A stretch of 63,914 nucleotides of DNA, the filler included, from Octopus bimaculoides (lineage: Eukaryota), in assembly GCF_001194135.2 (NCBI RefSeq). It is 5 parts of 5 records of this genome, joined end to end, with 100 filler letters (N's around TTAATTAATTAA, not from the genome) between each part and the next. Parts side by side here need not be neighbours in the genome. Positions count along the whole stretch, not along the records: positions 1 to 21,342 come from NC_068988.1; positions 21,443 to 40,732 come from NC_068981.1; 3 more parts are not named here. One strand, given 5' to 3'. Positions 13,145 to 27,725 of this stretch are shown here, one piece after another. The notes under the pieces are model-generated. The model made no database searches. It was not told the DNA's origin and saw only the letters and a program-made list of their open reading frames with translations. Positions within the stretch are counted from its first letter, which is position 1, and each line of letters starts with the position of its first letter. The position numbers and the translations under genes were made by a program.

Positions 13145-13611
13145 GCAAATGCACACATATGCCCACACACGTACACACACACACGTATCGCTTTTAGTCA
13201 TCATAAAAATACACATTTCTTTCTCAGACACACACATACCCATATATAAATGACGCATGCACATATATGCGTTTCATATATGTGTACATACATACTTACA
13301 TACATATTGGATGACATAATCATACACACACACACACACTAGTGTGCATGGCTGTAAGAACGTTTGTATTCGTAGTGTAATCTGAATATTTCTCAATATT
13401 CTCTTATTTTCTTTCTTTCCTTCTCTCTTTCTTTCTCTCTTCTCTTCTTTTCCTCCTTTCTTTCATTCCCTCTTTTTTTTATGTTAATAACGCCTCTTTG
13501 GCCAACTATTCAAATACTTTATTTCATGATTAACATATAATTAGAACTGTTTCATCTTAACGTATACATAATACATATTTTTCAATTCTATCAGATATTC
13601 TATATGTATAT

Positions 13612-13684
<73 letters not shown>

Positions 13685-13685
13685 C

Positions 13686-13720
<35 letters not shown>

Positions 13721-14279
13721 TGCATANNNNNNNNNNNNNNNNNNNNNNNNNNNNNNNNNNNNNNNNNNNNNNNNNNNNTATGTGTGTGCGCATGTATTAT
13801 GCATTCATGAATGCACGTATTGGTGAATCCGTATATAGTTAGATGTATTTTCGTGTGAGTATATGTATATATATACACACACACAATTGTATTTGTATAT
13901 GTGTGTGCGCATGTATTATGCATTCATGAATGCACGTATTGGTGAATCCGTATATAGTTAGATGTATTTTCGTGTGAGTATATGTATATATATATATATA
14001 TATCTAAATATATAAGTATGCACGGATATGTGTGAGTGTTTATTTTGAGAATCTTTACGCAAACTCTTTTGCCTATATGTTAAGCGGCCTTTGTATGTTT
14101 CTGTAAAATATACAGACAATAGAAAACCATACAAAAATACTGCATACGTAATTGCTGATGAACATATAAATATATATACACATAAACGTTATATACACAC
14201 ACACTAAACCTTGATATATACACGAAGTCAACATATACATACAGGGCGCAGAATTTCCACTGGTCTTTTAAAAGTGTCA

Positions 14280-14560
14280 AGGCAACGGACCCTAAAACAA
14301 CAATTGTATTAGTCTGAAACAAGATTCTCCAGAACTATTCTGCCTATATGTTTGTGCACACTTTTGAATGCAGTGTATGCTAGAAGGCTTGCAAATCCAA
14401 CGGAAGCCTCAAAAGATATTTTAAGATTCACAAAGAGCAGAATTTATCTGCAGCTCTTGGTGGTCCAATCTATGTGGGTGGCTTTTCAGAACATCGTCTG
14501 TTTTAAAAAGCCACATCAGATGCCATGATGCTAAGGTGTAGGTACAAGAGATGGTCAAAC
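14280..14560 (+). mobile_element. Probable RTE LINE 3' tail with two decayed C2H2-like fingers
   Basis: FECSVC*KACKSNGSLKRYFKIH and, in another frame, CGWLFRTSSVLKSHIRCH. Confidence 0.45.
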
Positions 14561-14583
14561 TCTGCATAAGGAGTAGGTAACCA

Positions 14584-14624
<41 letters not shown>

Positions 14625-15339
14625 CACACGCAGACACAGACACACACATATAGGAATAGTGTTTATATATTTGAATAAAACACATTGGGTGCTGAACTCC
14701 TGCATGACTACAGAACCAACAATTTCAAGTTACAAAAACATAAAGAAGGTAACGTAACAGAAAATGTAGTACATTTTCGTTTTATATATTATCAATAAAA
14801 ACGTAAGTGCTAAAATATACTATCGAGCCTGTAATTTTAACATTAAATATAAAGTTTTTTCCACCAATAGAGATAAAATTATTGAGATATAATTTGTCTT
14901 AATGGTGAGTAGATATACGTGAATAGCATCAAACACATATTCATACGTATATGTATACACACACACATGCATACACAAACCACACTGACAATAACACAAA
15001 CGCACACACACAAGAAAGACAATATTTGTACAGTATGGTGTATATATAGCATTTTGTTTGTGTAAATGTATATGCTTATGTATATATGTATGTATATACA
15101 CATGAATGTGTACTCATATATATATATANNNNNNNNNNNNNNNNNNNNNNNNNNNNNNNNNNNNNNNNNNNNNNNNNNNNNNNNNNNNNNNNNNNNNNNN
15201 NNNNNNNNNNNNNNNNNNNNNNNNNNNNNNNNNNNNNNNNNNNNNNNNNNNNNNNNNNNNNNNNNNNNNNNNNNTAGCGGCTGTCTAACAATTGAAAGGT
15301 ACAGTATATTACGTAGTCCAAGATTCATTACATGAAGAA

Positions 15340-15731
15340 GTGGAGGCGCAATATCCCAGTGGTTAGGGCAGCGGACTCGCGGTCATAGGATCGCGGTTTC
15401 GATTCCCAGACCGGGTGCTGTGAGTGTTTATTGAGCGAAAACACCTAAAGCTCCACGAGGCTCCGGCAGTGAATGGTGGAGAACCCTGTTGTACTCTTTC
15501 ACAACTTTCTCTTACTCTTACTTCCTGTTTCTGTTGTGCCTGTAATTCAAAGGGTTAGCCTTGTCACACTATGTCACGCTGAATATCCCCGAAAACTGCG
15601 TTAAGGGTACACATGTCTGTGGAGCGCTCAGCCACTTGCACGTTAATTTCACGAGCAGGCTGTTCCGTTGATCGGATCAACTGGAACCCTCGTCGTCGTA
15701 AGCGACGGAGTGCCAACAACAACAACAACAA
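15340..15731 (+). mobile_element. SINE family B, full length, (CAA)n tail
   Basis: Colinear with 5759-6140. Confidence 0.9.
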
Positions 15732-15789
15732 TTATATGAAGTATTGGGATGGATCTCGTTGGGCTACCTGCAAGGTTTTATTGACCTGA

Positions 15790-16620
15790 AATAAAGCAAA
15801 GGCAAGACTATAACGGAATCATATAAGAATTTAATTCATCCTCTCGATATATCAAGAAGGGTTTGGCAGAATCGTTTTATATTCAGATTTTGGATTCCTC
15901 CAAGGTCACCTTTAGTTTCATTCTTCCAAAACCGCTCAAGACGTTTTGCCTTTATTCATCTGTCACAATATAATAAATTAATAGTGCGGGATGGTGGACT
16001 GGTGTATTCTTTAAATGTTAGACAAAATGAATTATAGTATTTCTTCAATTTCTTAATATTCCGAGTATCTGCACAGATGTAATAATTTCCTCTGTACTTA
16101 GCTGATAAAAGTATATCTTGTAATAAAATATTCAACGGAGTGCAACGGAGGAAACCACTTTCATAATTTCCCATGATATCATCTGCAAGAGTTATGCTTG
16201 CACTATATGTTACTGCTTTATAGGGAAGCAATCTCTCCCAAACGATGTTTGTTGGATACTTCATTTACAGGCTGAATGAATGGGTTCAATTCTTAGAACG
16301 TCAAGTAAGATTTGAGATTGCAACTGTTCAGATAAGAGTAAATAATATCCAAATTTTTGTGGTATTTTTGTGTAGTCGAGAAATTAAACGCTCCGTAATA
16401 GAAACATATTGCCAATGTTGTCGTTTACATAAAAGATAAACTGGCGATTGCAAAAAAATACTTTACCTTTTTTCTCGTTTTGTCCTTGTATGGTAACGTA
16501 TTTCGTATAGTTGTTTCCCACAAAATCTACGTCAAATTGATGGCTATCTATTGAAAATATCCCTTCTGGAGAAAGATAGACTTGAGATTTGCAATGCACT
16601 ATTATCTGAGAATAAGACCA
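15790..16620 (-). mobile_element. Possible very old L1/Tx1-like LINE ORF2 fragment
   Basis: Interrupted coding-like frames including KGDLGGIQNLNIK (GGLG.PNL-like). Weak similarity only. Confidence 0.25.
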
Positions 16621-16863
16621 ACAACATAATCCGTATCCTCGTATTCCGTAAGATAATGTTTCGTACTGGATCAGCTCTAATCAGATAGATCTATGATCAA
16701 ATGTTTCTCAACCATCACCGTCCCATTTTCCCCAGACAGTAAATGTTGGATTAATATATATCCAATGTGTCCTGCTTTCTCTGAGAAAGGCATGGGAGCA
16801 GTTCATAAAAGGACTTGAATAATTTGTAATATCCTCAGAAAAACTAAGATCAAAATTTCAAGA

Positions 16864-16897
<34 letters not shown>

Positions 16898-18821
16898 ACA
16901 CACACTCCATATACATGTATATGGAGTGAAGGAAAGAGTTAGATGAAAGCTACAGTTAGCTCACTATGTACATGTGTGTGTGAGTGTGTATTTGCTTATG
17001 TTTGCTTATGTGTGTAATAATAATTCTTTTAATTATTTGATTTCTTTTTAAACTGAAGAAACTGACATTTATCAAAGAAAAAGCTACATTGATGTAATTT
17101 AAACACTAACAATAGAGGGAGTTTATATGTTGAACTTTAGAAATATTATATTTACAAAACGTGTGTTATGTGGTCATTTTCATTACCTGAAAACTCCGGG
17201 TTTTTCCAGATTGCTACTTAGATATTTATTAACTTAGCCTTGTTGGGTGAAAAGGTTAGATGAAGCGCGATTTGAATCTAGAATGTATGAATTTTTTTTT
17301 AAATGATGCAGAAACTATTAGCACAGTCTTTCTTTAAAATGAATACATGTTGATTCAGCTTTTTATTGATTCTGACTTTCTACTGAATCAGGCTATATAT
17401 GTGGATATTTTTTTCAAAGGAATAATAATTGACCGGAGATGAACACGAGATACATAAATTGTAAATACTATTTTAAATTAGATATGATTCTGAGATCTAA
17501 AAGCAAAAAATTAATTTTCTCTCTCTCTATAGCTATTTATGCTTCCAGACATTATCTATTGTTATTGTTGTCGTTGTTGCTACTGCTGTTGTTGTAGTCA
17601 TCATCGTCGTGGTTGCTGTTGTTGTTGTTGTTGTTGTTTTCTTGCCGCTTAAGCTCAGACCAAGATTAGTGGAGTAGCTCTTTGATAGAAGGCATTCCAG
17701 ATTTGACCAGCCTGTTGCAATCTAATACAAGGGTATCTGATTTAAAAAAAAATCTTTGGCTGCTATTTTTACCAACTCTGTGACCACTTAGAATGTCCCA
17801 CCATGGCTAGGTTTATTGTTGATATTTTTGGTGGCGAAACAGTTCTTATTCTTGTTGTTTTGTAATGATTGCGATTGATGTCATTGTTAAGTGTTGCATA
17901 ATTATTATTGATTTTAAACGATCACTTATTAGGAAAATTTTATAATCAAAGGGTGGCGGATGCGAGATCTCGATTTCTCCCATGAACTACTTATTGCCTT
18001 ACGTTAGAAACGAGACAATTGTCACAATTTCTTACAAATAGATTTTTCCAGCTATCTCTATTATTTAAAGGAAATTGACAGAAAATTAACATTCAGGGAG
18101 AAAGGAAAGAATCATAAAAGAAAGAAGAAAGGAAGTATGACAGAAATATGAAAGAATGAAAATTAGTTGCATAGACAAAAAAAAATGACGAACTAAAAAA
18201 TGGTGGAAAGCTAGATAAATGATGGATAACTAGATGCTATAGTGTCAAATGAAATATAATTGAGATTTGCCCACCAAACAGAAATGGTAGCACTTGGCAG
18301 AAAGAGTAATATTGAAATATTCTAGACAATAAAATATTCAATTTAAGTTGGAGTACGACATACTTGGAAAATACTAACACAATGCAAAGAATGTCCCAAG
18401 ATATTGGTGGGAAACTCCCTCAGGGCACAATACACAAATAATCATACCTTAGATCATGCAGATGATTAGTAACATGAATATAAGAAATTTGTTTTTATGA
18501 ATTTCGGACATTTATGGAATTAAGCAAAGAACCAAGAACCAGCATACGATTATTTTCAAAACTGTAATCTCCATCCTATATCCGACTCAATACATCTGTT
18601 GATTTATCTTTTACCGAGATCCTTTCTTTTACTGTATTTGTTTGTCCTTCTTGTCCGTTCTTTTTACAATCTGTTAATCCATTTATCTCTTAATTGTACA
18701 AAATTGCATTTTCTCCTGTCTTTTACTTTATTTCGTGCTTTGAGTTGTACTCTCTAGATGTTCAAAATCACTCAAAATGACAATCATATTGTAACCGTTG
18801 ATTTTACAAAGTGTGTGTACC

Positions 18822-18868
<47 letters not shown>

Positions 18869-19410
18869 TTGAACTACATTTATGTTCACCGGCACTCATG
18901 TATGTGTGCGGCATAAGTATGCATATATATTTAAATTCTTGTTTCTTTATTTGTGTATTTATTTACTGCGCGGTGCAACGGGCGAATCTGTTAAAAGATA
19001 TGAATTATCCATGTGATATTGTAATTGTTTTATAATTTATTCCACAACAATCAAGGGAAATACCATTATCACTGGTGTATAAATTTATGGTCCATTGATT
19101 TAAAATTATTTTACCCAAGCAGGAAGCTATCGGCCCTTTAGTCACTCAATAACTTTAAACGATTATTAGTGAAATGTATTACACACACACACACACACAC
19201 ACAGAGTTATATTTTCAAGTAGCTGAAGGAACAAAGTAATAAGGTAATGTTAAAAAATGACCCCTTTCGGTCATGAATAACCATGGGATGCACCTAGAAA
19301 ATTCCCCTCCGAGGCATAAGTCTGAGCAAGGTTGTTTATGGAAGACTAGTAGTCGCCCATGCATACCAGCCTCCCCTCTCTACGCCACCGATGTTATCCA
19401 AGGATAAGCC

Positions 19411-19522
19411 TAGTACTTATTCTATCGGTCACTTTTGCCGAACCGCTAAGTTACGAAGTCGTAAACACACCACTATCGGTTGGGGTGGGGGGACAAACAC
19501 AGACACACAAACATACACGCAC

Positions 19523-19567
<45 letters not shown>

Positions 19568-19729
19568 CGACGGGCTTCTTTCAGTTTCCGTCTACCAAAT
19601 CCACTCACAAGGCTTTGGTCGACCCGAGGCTATAGTAGAAGACACTTGCCCAAGATGCCACGCAGTGGGACTGAACTCGGAACCATGTGGTTGGTAAGCA
19701 AGCTACTTGCCACACAGCCACGCCTGCGC
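19411..19729 (-). mobile_element. SINE family A, longest copy, with an internal (TA)n(TG)n microsatellite
   Basis: A box TGGCTGTGTGG, B box GAGTTCAGTCC, then CTTGGGCAAGT. Non-repetitive sequence continues beyond the microsatellite to 19411; that it belongs to the SINE is inferred. Confidence 0.85.
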
Positions 19730-21310
19730 GTATATTAATTCTATTTCGTCATTTTTCAAGTGCATAAAGCCAACAAAATGGTTTCGTAACTGCGTTGGAT
19801 GTAATTGAGTTTTGAGATGACGTATTTTGAAAATGACAGAGAATGAAATTGAATGAAATTTAGTAGATGAAAACTGTGTAGAAGCTTGGACGATGGGTTC
19901 TTGCAATTCAAAAGGCTGTCACAATAGTACCATACTGATTCTGACTGAACATTGCTTTAACTGTGCAAATATTTTGTGGGATACAGTCAGTTATTCTATA
20001 CTTCACTGATTAGATGACTCAACTGAAAATGCATTTGCAGTGCATTTTAGAAGCATATAGCAGTGTGTGGTCGAGCGAGTGCAGATGTGTACATCTTTGT
20101 GTGTGTTTGCATGTGTGAATGTATATGTGTATATAGATACGCATACGCAAGTTTGAGCTGTTACTTCAATAATGATTTTATCAGAGCTCGATTTGCTGAG
20201 AACGAATCTCTGTACTGACCAATCAGAATCAATGTTGTCTCTATACGGCAGAGTATAGATGTTAATATTGCTCTTGCTTTATCAAAATAATCCTTAGCTG
20301 ATGGTGTGGCCTCCAGAGCAGGTATTATAGCAAACTCGCTAAATTGCTTAAGTGTCATATTTTAAATCTCTTATATTTATAAATTTGTCATTTGTGCATT
20401 AACTAGCGAAATTTCAAACAATTATTTGCATACTTAATCTTAATAAGTTCTGGCCGATTTAAAGGCAAATTATGCTAATCACTGGAGAAAAGCTTCATGA
20501 CAACTATATTTTCATAACACATGATTCAGTACTACAAGAAAATTTTGGACACCGATGTTTCGACATATGTGTCGTCACTCATAAGTACCAGTATCGATCA
20601 ATCTACACAAAAAACATTGGCCTAAACTTTTGGTTGCTTTTTGTTGAGCACTTTTCTCTTCTCGAGCTACAGTTTAGGATAGCTAGAAAAGGAAATATTA
20701 CATAAGCACTATTACGAAGAACTACACCAAACAGTTTGTTGCACAACCCGCAGATTGTGTTAAGCTACTATCTTTGTGCGTGTATCGTACAATGTAATAG
20801 GAAAAGGAGGATCACAAACAAAATAAAGAACTCAACCTAAGATTAGGTGTTCAAATTTTTTCATTATACCTTTGTCACTAGTGTAGACAAGTTTCCTTCT
20901 GAACGTTTACTTATGAGGCCAAAGCACACTGAATCTATGCGATGAAGGGATGAATTTTATATGCATGTATTGCGTGTATATATTGCCGTGTGCATATGTA
21001 TTAGAACATGTGTTTCAGATTATATAGGTGTTGATATATATATGTGTGTGTGTGTGTATGCATATATGTATGTGTGTATGTCTGTGTATGTATATGATTG
21101 TGTGCGTGCATGCGTTTGTGTGTGCATATCTGTGTGCGCCTGTGTATACGTATATATGACAAATATATATGCATAATTATGTATTTGTTTTGGGTGTATA
21201 TACATACACACATACATATATGTACACGTATGTATGTATATGTATACATGCATATATATATAATATATGCATACATTTATGCATATATATATATATACTT
21301 ACGTACACAC

Positions 21311-21342
<32 letters not shown>

Positions 21343-21442
21343 NNNNNNNNNNNNNNNNNNNNNNNNNNNNNNNNNNNNNNNNNNNNTTAATTAATTAANN
21401 NNNNNNNNNNNNNNNNNNNNNNNNNNNNNNNNNNNNNNNNNN
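21343..21442. other. Artificial scaffold spacer N44-TTAATTAATTAA-N44
   Basis: Exactly 100 nt; the 12-mer carries stops in all six frames. It recurs at 40777, 48146 and 62855. Confidence 0.95.
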
Positions 21443-21504
<62 letters not shown>

Positions 21505-21975
21505 CAAACACACATATATGTGTGTACACCAAGAGAGAGAAAGAGAGAGAGTCAGAGAGAGAGAGAGAGAGAGAGAGAAATAAATAGACTAGTACATATA
21601 CCGATAGATAGACAGTTACACTAATACACATACAGACATATGCAAATACATACACAAATATATGTATACATACATACATATATATATATATATACATATA
21701 TATGCCTATATTTCTATATTATGCTTTATGATTCCACTCAAATCTTACTCCGCCCATTTTGCATTTAATCGCGTTATTAAAGAATAGCTTTACTGACATA
21801 TACGGAAGCTGATTTATATGACTATATTCATTCATTTATGGAGCAAAGTACATCAACATACGTGCAAAGCACACATATATAATTCTATGTAGGTGTGAGT
21901 ATGTGTTAGACGCACATACGTACACACAATCACACAAGTATATCAACAATTTCATATGCATAAATATATGTGTGC

Positions 21976-22009
<34 letters not shown>

Positions 22010-23036
22010 NNNNNNNNNNNNNNNNNNNNNNNNNNNNNNNNNNNNNNNNNNNNNNNNNNNNNNNNNNNNNNNNNNNNNNNNNNNNNNNNNNNNNNNNNNN
22101 NNNNNNNNNNNNNNNNNNNNNNNNNNNNNNNNNNNNNNNNNNNNNNNNNNNNNNNNNNNNNNNNNNNNNNNNNNNNNNNNNNNNNNNNNNNNNNNNNNNN
22201 NNNNNNNNNNNNNNNNNNNNNNNNNNNNNNNNNNNNNNNNNNNNNNNNNNNNNNNNNNNNNNNNNNNNNNNNNNNNNNNNNNNNNNNNNNNNNNNNNNNN
22301 NNNNNNNNNNNNNNNNNNNNNNNNNNNNNNNNNNNNNNNNNNNNNNNNNNNNNNNNNNNNNNNNNNNNNNNNNNNNNNNNNNNNNNNNNNNNNNNNNNNN
22401 NNNNNNNNNNNNNNNNNNNNNNNNNNNNNNNNNNNNNNNNNNNNNNNNNNNNNNNNNNNNNNNNNNNNNNNNNNNNNNNNNNNNNNNNNNNNNNNNNNNN
22501 NNNNNNNNNNNNNNNNNNNNNNNNNNNNNNNNNNNNNNNNNNNNNNNNNNNNNNNNNNNNNNNNNNNNNNNNNNNNNNNNNNNNNNNNNNNNNNNNNNNN
22601 NNNNNNNNNNNNNNNNNNNNNNNNNNNNNNNNNNNNNNNNNNNNNNNNNNNNNNNNNNNNNNNNNNNNNNNNNNNNNNNNNNNNNNNNNNNNNNNNNNNN
22701 NNNNNNNNNNNNNNNNNNNNNNNNNNNNNNNNNNNNNNNNNNNNNNNNNNNNNNNNNNNNNNNNNNNNNNNNNNNNNNNNNNNNNNNNNNNNNNNNNNNN
22801 NNNNNNNNNNNTATATATATATATATATATATATGTATACATATGTAAATGTGTGTATGCATATATATGCACACTTACGTGTTCACATATATTTACATAT
22901 TATTATAGAGATATGTGTATGTGTGCGTACGCGCATACATGTATATTGTATCACACATATATAATACACGAATACATTAACTTTCAAGCCCATAAATATA
23001 TAAATACACACACACACACGCACACACACGCACACA

Positions 23037-23086
<50 letters not shown>

Positions 23087-23637
23087 TAACTATATATAAT
23101 TGTATATCACTCTGTGAGTGATAGCGAAATAAAACATACTTTTACAGACAGACAGGAAACATTTGACTCACAAGAAATTTAAATCACAACGCTGTGATGC
23201 ATTGTTATTTTTTTTTTAATTTCTAAAGACACATTCTCTGAAATATTCTTTCTCGGAATGCGTAGTTTACCTCAGACATTCCAATAGAAAGAACAACTAA
23301 ATATATATAAATTTTCTTTGTAACACCTTTCTTAAAACCCCACTATGAAAATTCCAGTAAAATCAAAGAAACTGTTCAGATTTTAGACAATCTACTTGAT
23401 AAGTTTGCCTGGAGAAAACCTGTTAAATCATTTCCTGTGAAACCCCACTGAAAACACTTGACATATAATACTTTTGTCCACAGTTAGGACATGTATTACA
23501 TTAGCTTCCTAGAAAAATTCGTTCCGTCCCCCACCACACACTAACGCACACTTATTTAACCAGTTTCCATGAATAGTTTTAACAAATCAGTCAAACAAAT
23601 ATTCTCCTTCGTTGTGCAAGACATCTTGCCAAAACAT

Positions 23638-24404
23638 TATTAGGTTGCTAATGCTGAAGAAATCCCCTGATCTTGACTCGAATTCGTGGTACTCTGTTCG
23701 CTACGTAGTTCTTGAAAGAAGTACCTCGTGCAATTAGAGAGCGACAGTAAAAGGTGATAATCTGAAATCGCTGTATCCGGAAGAAACGGAAACCGATATG
23801 AAACATTCCAAATGAGATTTTGAATAGAAGATTTGGTTAAATCCGTGACTTGTTTGTTAGCGTTGCCGTGTTGTAGGGACTCTTATGTTGCCGGTTTGTA
23901 CCTTTCATTCAGAGATTATGACACCCATGTAGTGAGCCTTTGGATCTCAGTCATTAAGTGAACTTGGCAGGCGACAGGATCATTAGAACATCGCATCTGC
24001 TGGGGCAATTCCGTAGAAGAATAGTTTGGGTCTTTGTGAACGAGCGGTTTCCCGACGAATCACTATCAGATAAATATATTCGCCAGTGCTAGATGAATAT
24101 ACGAGGCTGAAATTACTGTCCTTGAAAACGTAAAACATATTACTGTGCAGTTCTTTGTGTAATAAAACCTAGCTCGTTCACAATGCAAATATCTCGAGCA
24201 ACTTTGGAAGATTTGGAACCTCAATTGAAGGTAAAATAAAGCAGCCGTAGAAATGATCCTTCATTTTCTTACATGCCCTTGCGCCGTCATATATCTGGAA
24301 GGAAGAATAGTTACACAGAGCACAACACACGCGGAAAAACATACTTTTCGTGCTATTCAAATAACGCAAGAAAGAAACGAACACATTTATTTGTCACACT
24401 AATA
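23638..24404 (-). mobile_element. Mariner relic, internally deleted
   Basis: Ends TATTAGGTTG.../...CACACTAATA. Minus strand: LRLLYFTFN*GSKSSKVARDICIV...TQRTAQ and PDTAISDYHLLLSL. Confidence 0.7.
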
Positions 24405-24678
24405 CGTAACGATTTGACAATTGTTAAAACAGTTCAGATTATTGTTCTATGCAATTTCGACAACAAATGTAGAATATTAAAATCGTGTGACAATACTGAC
24501 AAGATGTTGTCAGATATTTAAGCCTATGTATACCGACTCAATTTTGTGAAACTCGCAGATGCGAGCATGCATGACATGTGTATATGTACCATCACACACA
24601 TACACACACACACAAAAACTTATCCCGTATATATATATACATATAAAGAGAGAAATATAAAGCGAAAGAGAGAGAGAA

Positions 24679-24754
<76 letters not shown>

Positions 24755-25839
24755 CATGCAATATACAAGTTATATTCATGAAATTGATAGGAAATTATGC
24801 AAATAATTTCAACAAAACAGCATTTTACTGCAGCGTGTCAAAACTGGTGCAATAGAGCTATTTAAAAATATGTAGCTATGCAATTCATTACTCTAGTGGC
24901 ATCAATAGCATTAGTAGCAGACATTGAAGTAAATTTCTAATAAATACCTAATGAAAATAACTTCGAGCATTAATTAATATTTCCTAAATGTTTTAATCAG
25001 TTACCGAGAAACGGAAAGCAGTACGCACAAGGTCTCCAAGTAGTATTAGGAAGTTAAATATTATAGAAAGCATAGAAGGACGTTTCGTTTATCAGTAACC
25101 AGAGAAAGCGAAACGGAACACTAAATTATATGGACACTAACTTTAATCGTCCATTTTTTGTTAATATATAAATTTAACGAGTATTATTTCACATTGGTTA
25201 AACATTTAACACTTTTATTGAAACGGTTGTTTGATATTACAAATGCTATATCATGTAATACACACAAGCATGCAAGTTTTTCTTATATGAAAGGAATTTT
25301 GTCCAGTATTGTGTAACTATCATTAACAGAGCTAAATATGTGTGCATGCAATTATAAATTTATGTACACACCGGAAGTATATATATATATATATTTAATA
25401 TTATCTGGAACAGCTGTTAAGTTTTAAGAATGGATATTTTCACTCAACATATCCATAAAGATAATTACTCTTATATAGCTGGAAATTATATCGTTCAACT
25501 CTCTGAAACTACTATGATTCTCCAGATTAGCACTTTATTTGCGCAGTACATTTAGCAGGGACTTCTACATTTTAATATGCCTAGTCAATACACTTAGAGT
25601 TACCCATAACACATATCAATGTGCGCATTAGACATAGACACCGAAATAACTTCAAGATAACTATATGGATCCTCCACATTATAGTGCTTTGTGTTTACGG
25701 CACATGGACACTAGTGTCCTAAGCATTGCGGGCGCGCGTGCATGCGTGCGTGCGTGCGTGCGTGTGTTTTTGTTTTGTGTGTGAGTATGTGCGCGCGCGC
25801 GTCTGTGTGCGCGCGCGTGTTTATGACACTATGAAAGCT

Positions 25840-26545
25840 GAACACATTAATCCTCCTCTGTGAGCAGCATGTTGTTTCTCATGTGAGCGGAAGAAATTAG
25901 ATAGGCAGACGCTGTACCACTGGGGGAACTGAAAGAGATCCCGAACAACAGCTGTAGGGTGTTGCATACAATGTTTCCTCCTCTCATCCTGCAGTCTTCT
26001 GTGTTCGGTTTCAAAGTGTTCTAATCCAGCGTCATACACAGACCTCCATGCTTTCTGATTTAACATCCAGTGCCTCCAAATGATTGGGAGAAACACGCAT
26101 ACTGTGAGATACTGCTGGAGATGATCGTGATAGCGAAGTCTTAGACGCCATGAGACCTAGTTCCAATCTCGATCACGCTGTCCATAAGGCCTACTTACAG
26201 TCTCGATCTCGCTGAAGAGGACCATATTTGAGAGCCAGTTAACCGGCATCCAACTCATGTGGTCAATCCAGCGAAGAAGACCACTAAGCATGCAAAACAC
26301 AAAACTGTATATCCCGGCCTTCATGAGCATTTCCGGATGAGGCACCTTGTCCGCCCACGTGAAACAGGATGCTTTCAAGTCATATGACACAGAACGTTTC
26401 TAGCTGTCTGATCTGGAAAGGATAAATGGGCTAACACTCAGAGCCGTACAGGAGGGTAGATACACACAGCTAGATAAAAGAACATTATTGCATTTGCTCA
26501 CTGAGTCTTCCGAATGTAGCAGACGCCAAGTTGATCCGACGAAGT
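25840..26545 (-). mobile_element. RTE-clade LINE 3' fragment (decayed)
   Basis: TWADKVPHPEMLMKAGI...LLRWIDHMSWM...VLFSEIETVSRPYG, then AWRS...DERRK...FQFPQWYSVCLS: typical RTE C-terminus. Confidence 0.75.
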
Positions 26546-26951
26546 ATATCTTCGTCAAGCAGTCAATTTATTTATGTGTGTGTGTATCTGCGCGCGCGCG
26601 TGTGTGTACATATATGTAACAATATGTACATATATATATATATATGCATCTATTTCTAAATCTCAATCTGTTAGTATACATGTGCGTGAGCACATGTGTG
26701 ATTTGATCACCTTTTATATGACCAAATGAGTAAAGGACAGTTCATTAAGGCGGAGATATGTCAGTTGCCTTTACGGCTCAGCAGAAACCTAAGTCAGTCT
26801 TTACGTAGTATTTTCAATATTTTTCGAAATACAATTATAGTTGATATTTGAGTTTGCTCCCTTGTCTTCATTGGCGTAAAAGAAATCTAGTATTTAAAAA
26901 TATGTATGTTGATTACTCGGTGTCTTTCTCTCTTCTCTTCTTTTCTGCACT

Positions 26952-27235
<284 letters not shown>

Positions 27236-27597
27236 AGATTTTAATTGAATTTCGCACAATTTTAACTTCCATGTTATGTCGTGTTAAAAAATCAAAAAAG
27301 ACAAAAAATAATGCTGTCAACCTCTACCAGTGACTTTAAGGACATTATGAAAATGAGAAAACATTTGAAAACATTCTTTTTTTTTATTATTTTTTAGGAA
27401 TAAGCATGCTTCAGTAATGATTTCAACTACGAATGTTACAAATGGTATGAAAAATGATTTATAAATTTACAATCCAAGTAGTTCCCGTATATATGTTTTC
27501 AAGTAAAGTGGGGATATTCTTACTCACTACATTCCATATATAAATATATATGTACGTGTAAGTGTGTCTCGGTATAGAAAGATATGCACATGCATGT

Positions 27598-27725
27598 ACA
27601 GGCGCTGGAGTGGTTATGAGGTAAGTAGCCTGCTTACCAACCAATATATATATGTGTGTGCGTGTGTGTGTGTGCGTGGGTGTGTGTGCGTGTGTGTGTG
27701 TTTGTGTGTGTATGTATGTATATAT
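27598..27725 (+). mobile_element. SINE family A head fused directly to a (TA)/(TG) tract
   Basis: AGGCGCTGGAGTGGTTATGAGGTAAGTAGCCTGCTTACCAACCA followed by microsatellite. Confidence 0.65.

Noticed and set aside
13779-13990. Perfect ~118-bp tandem duplication containing palindrome TGCATTCATGAATGCA
   Set aside because: Identical copies starting at a gap edge; most likely an uncollapsed contig overlap.
20540-20590. Second hammerhead-like string on the minus strand (CTTATGA...GTCGAAAC)
   Set aside because: The core box is mutated (CUU rather than CUG) and the stems do not close.
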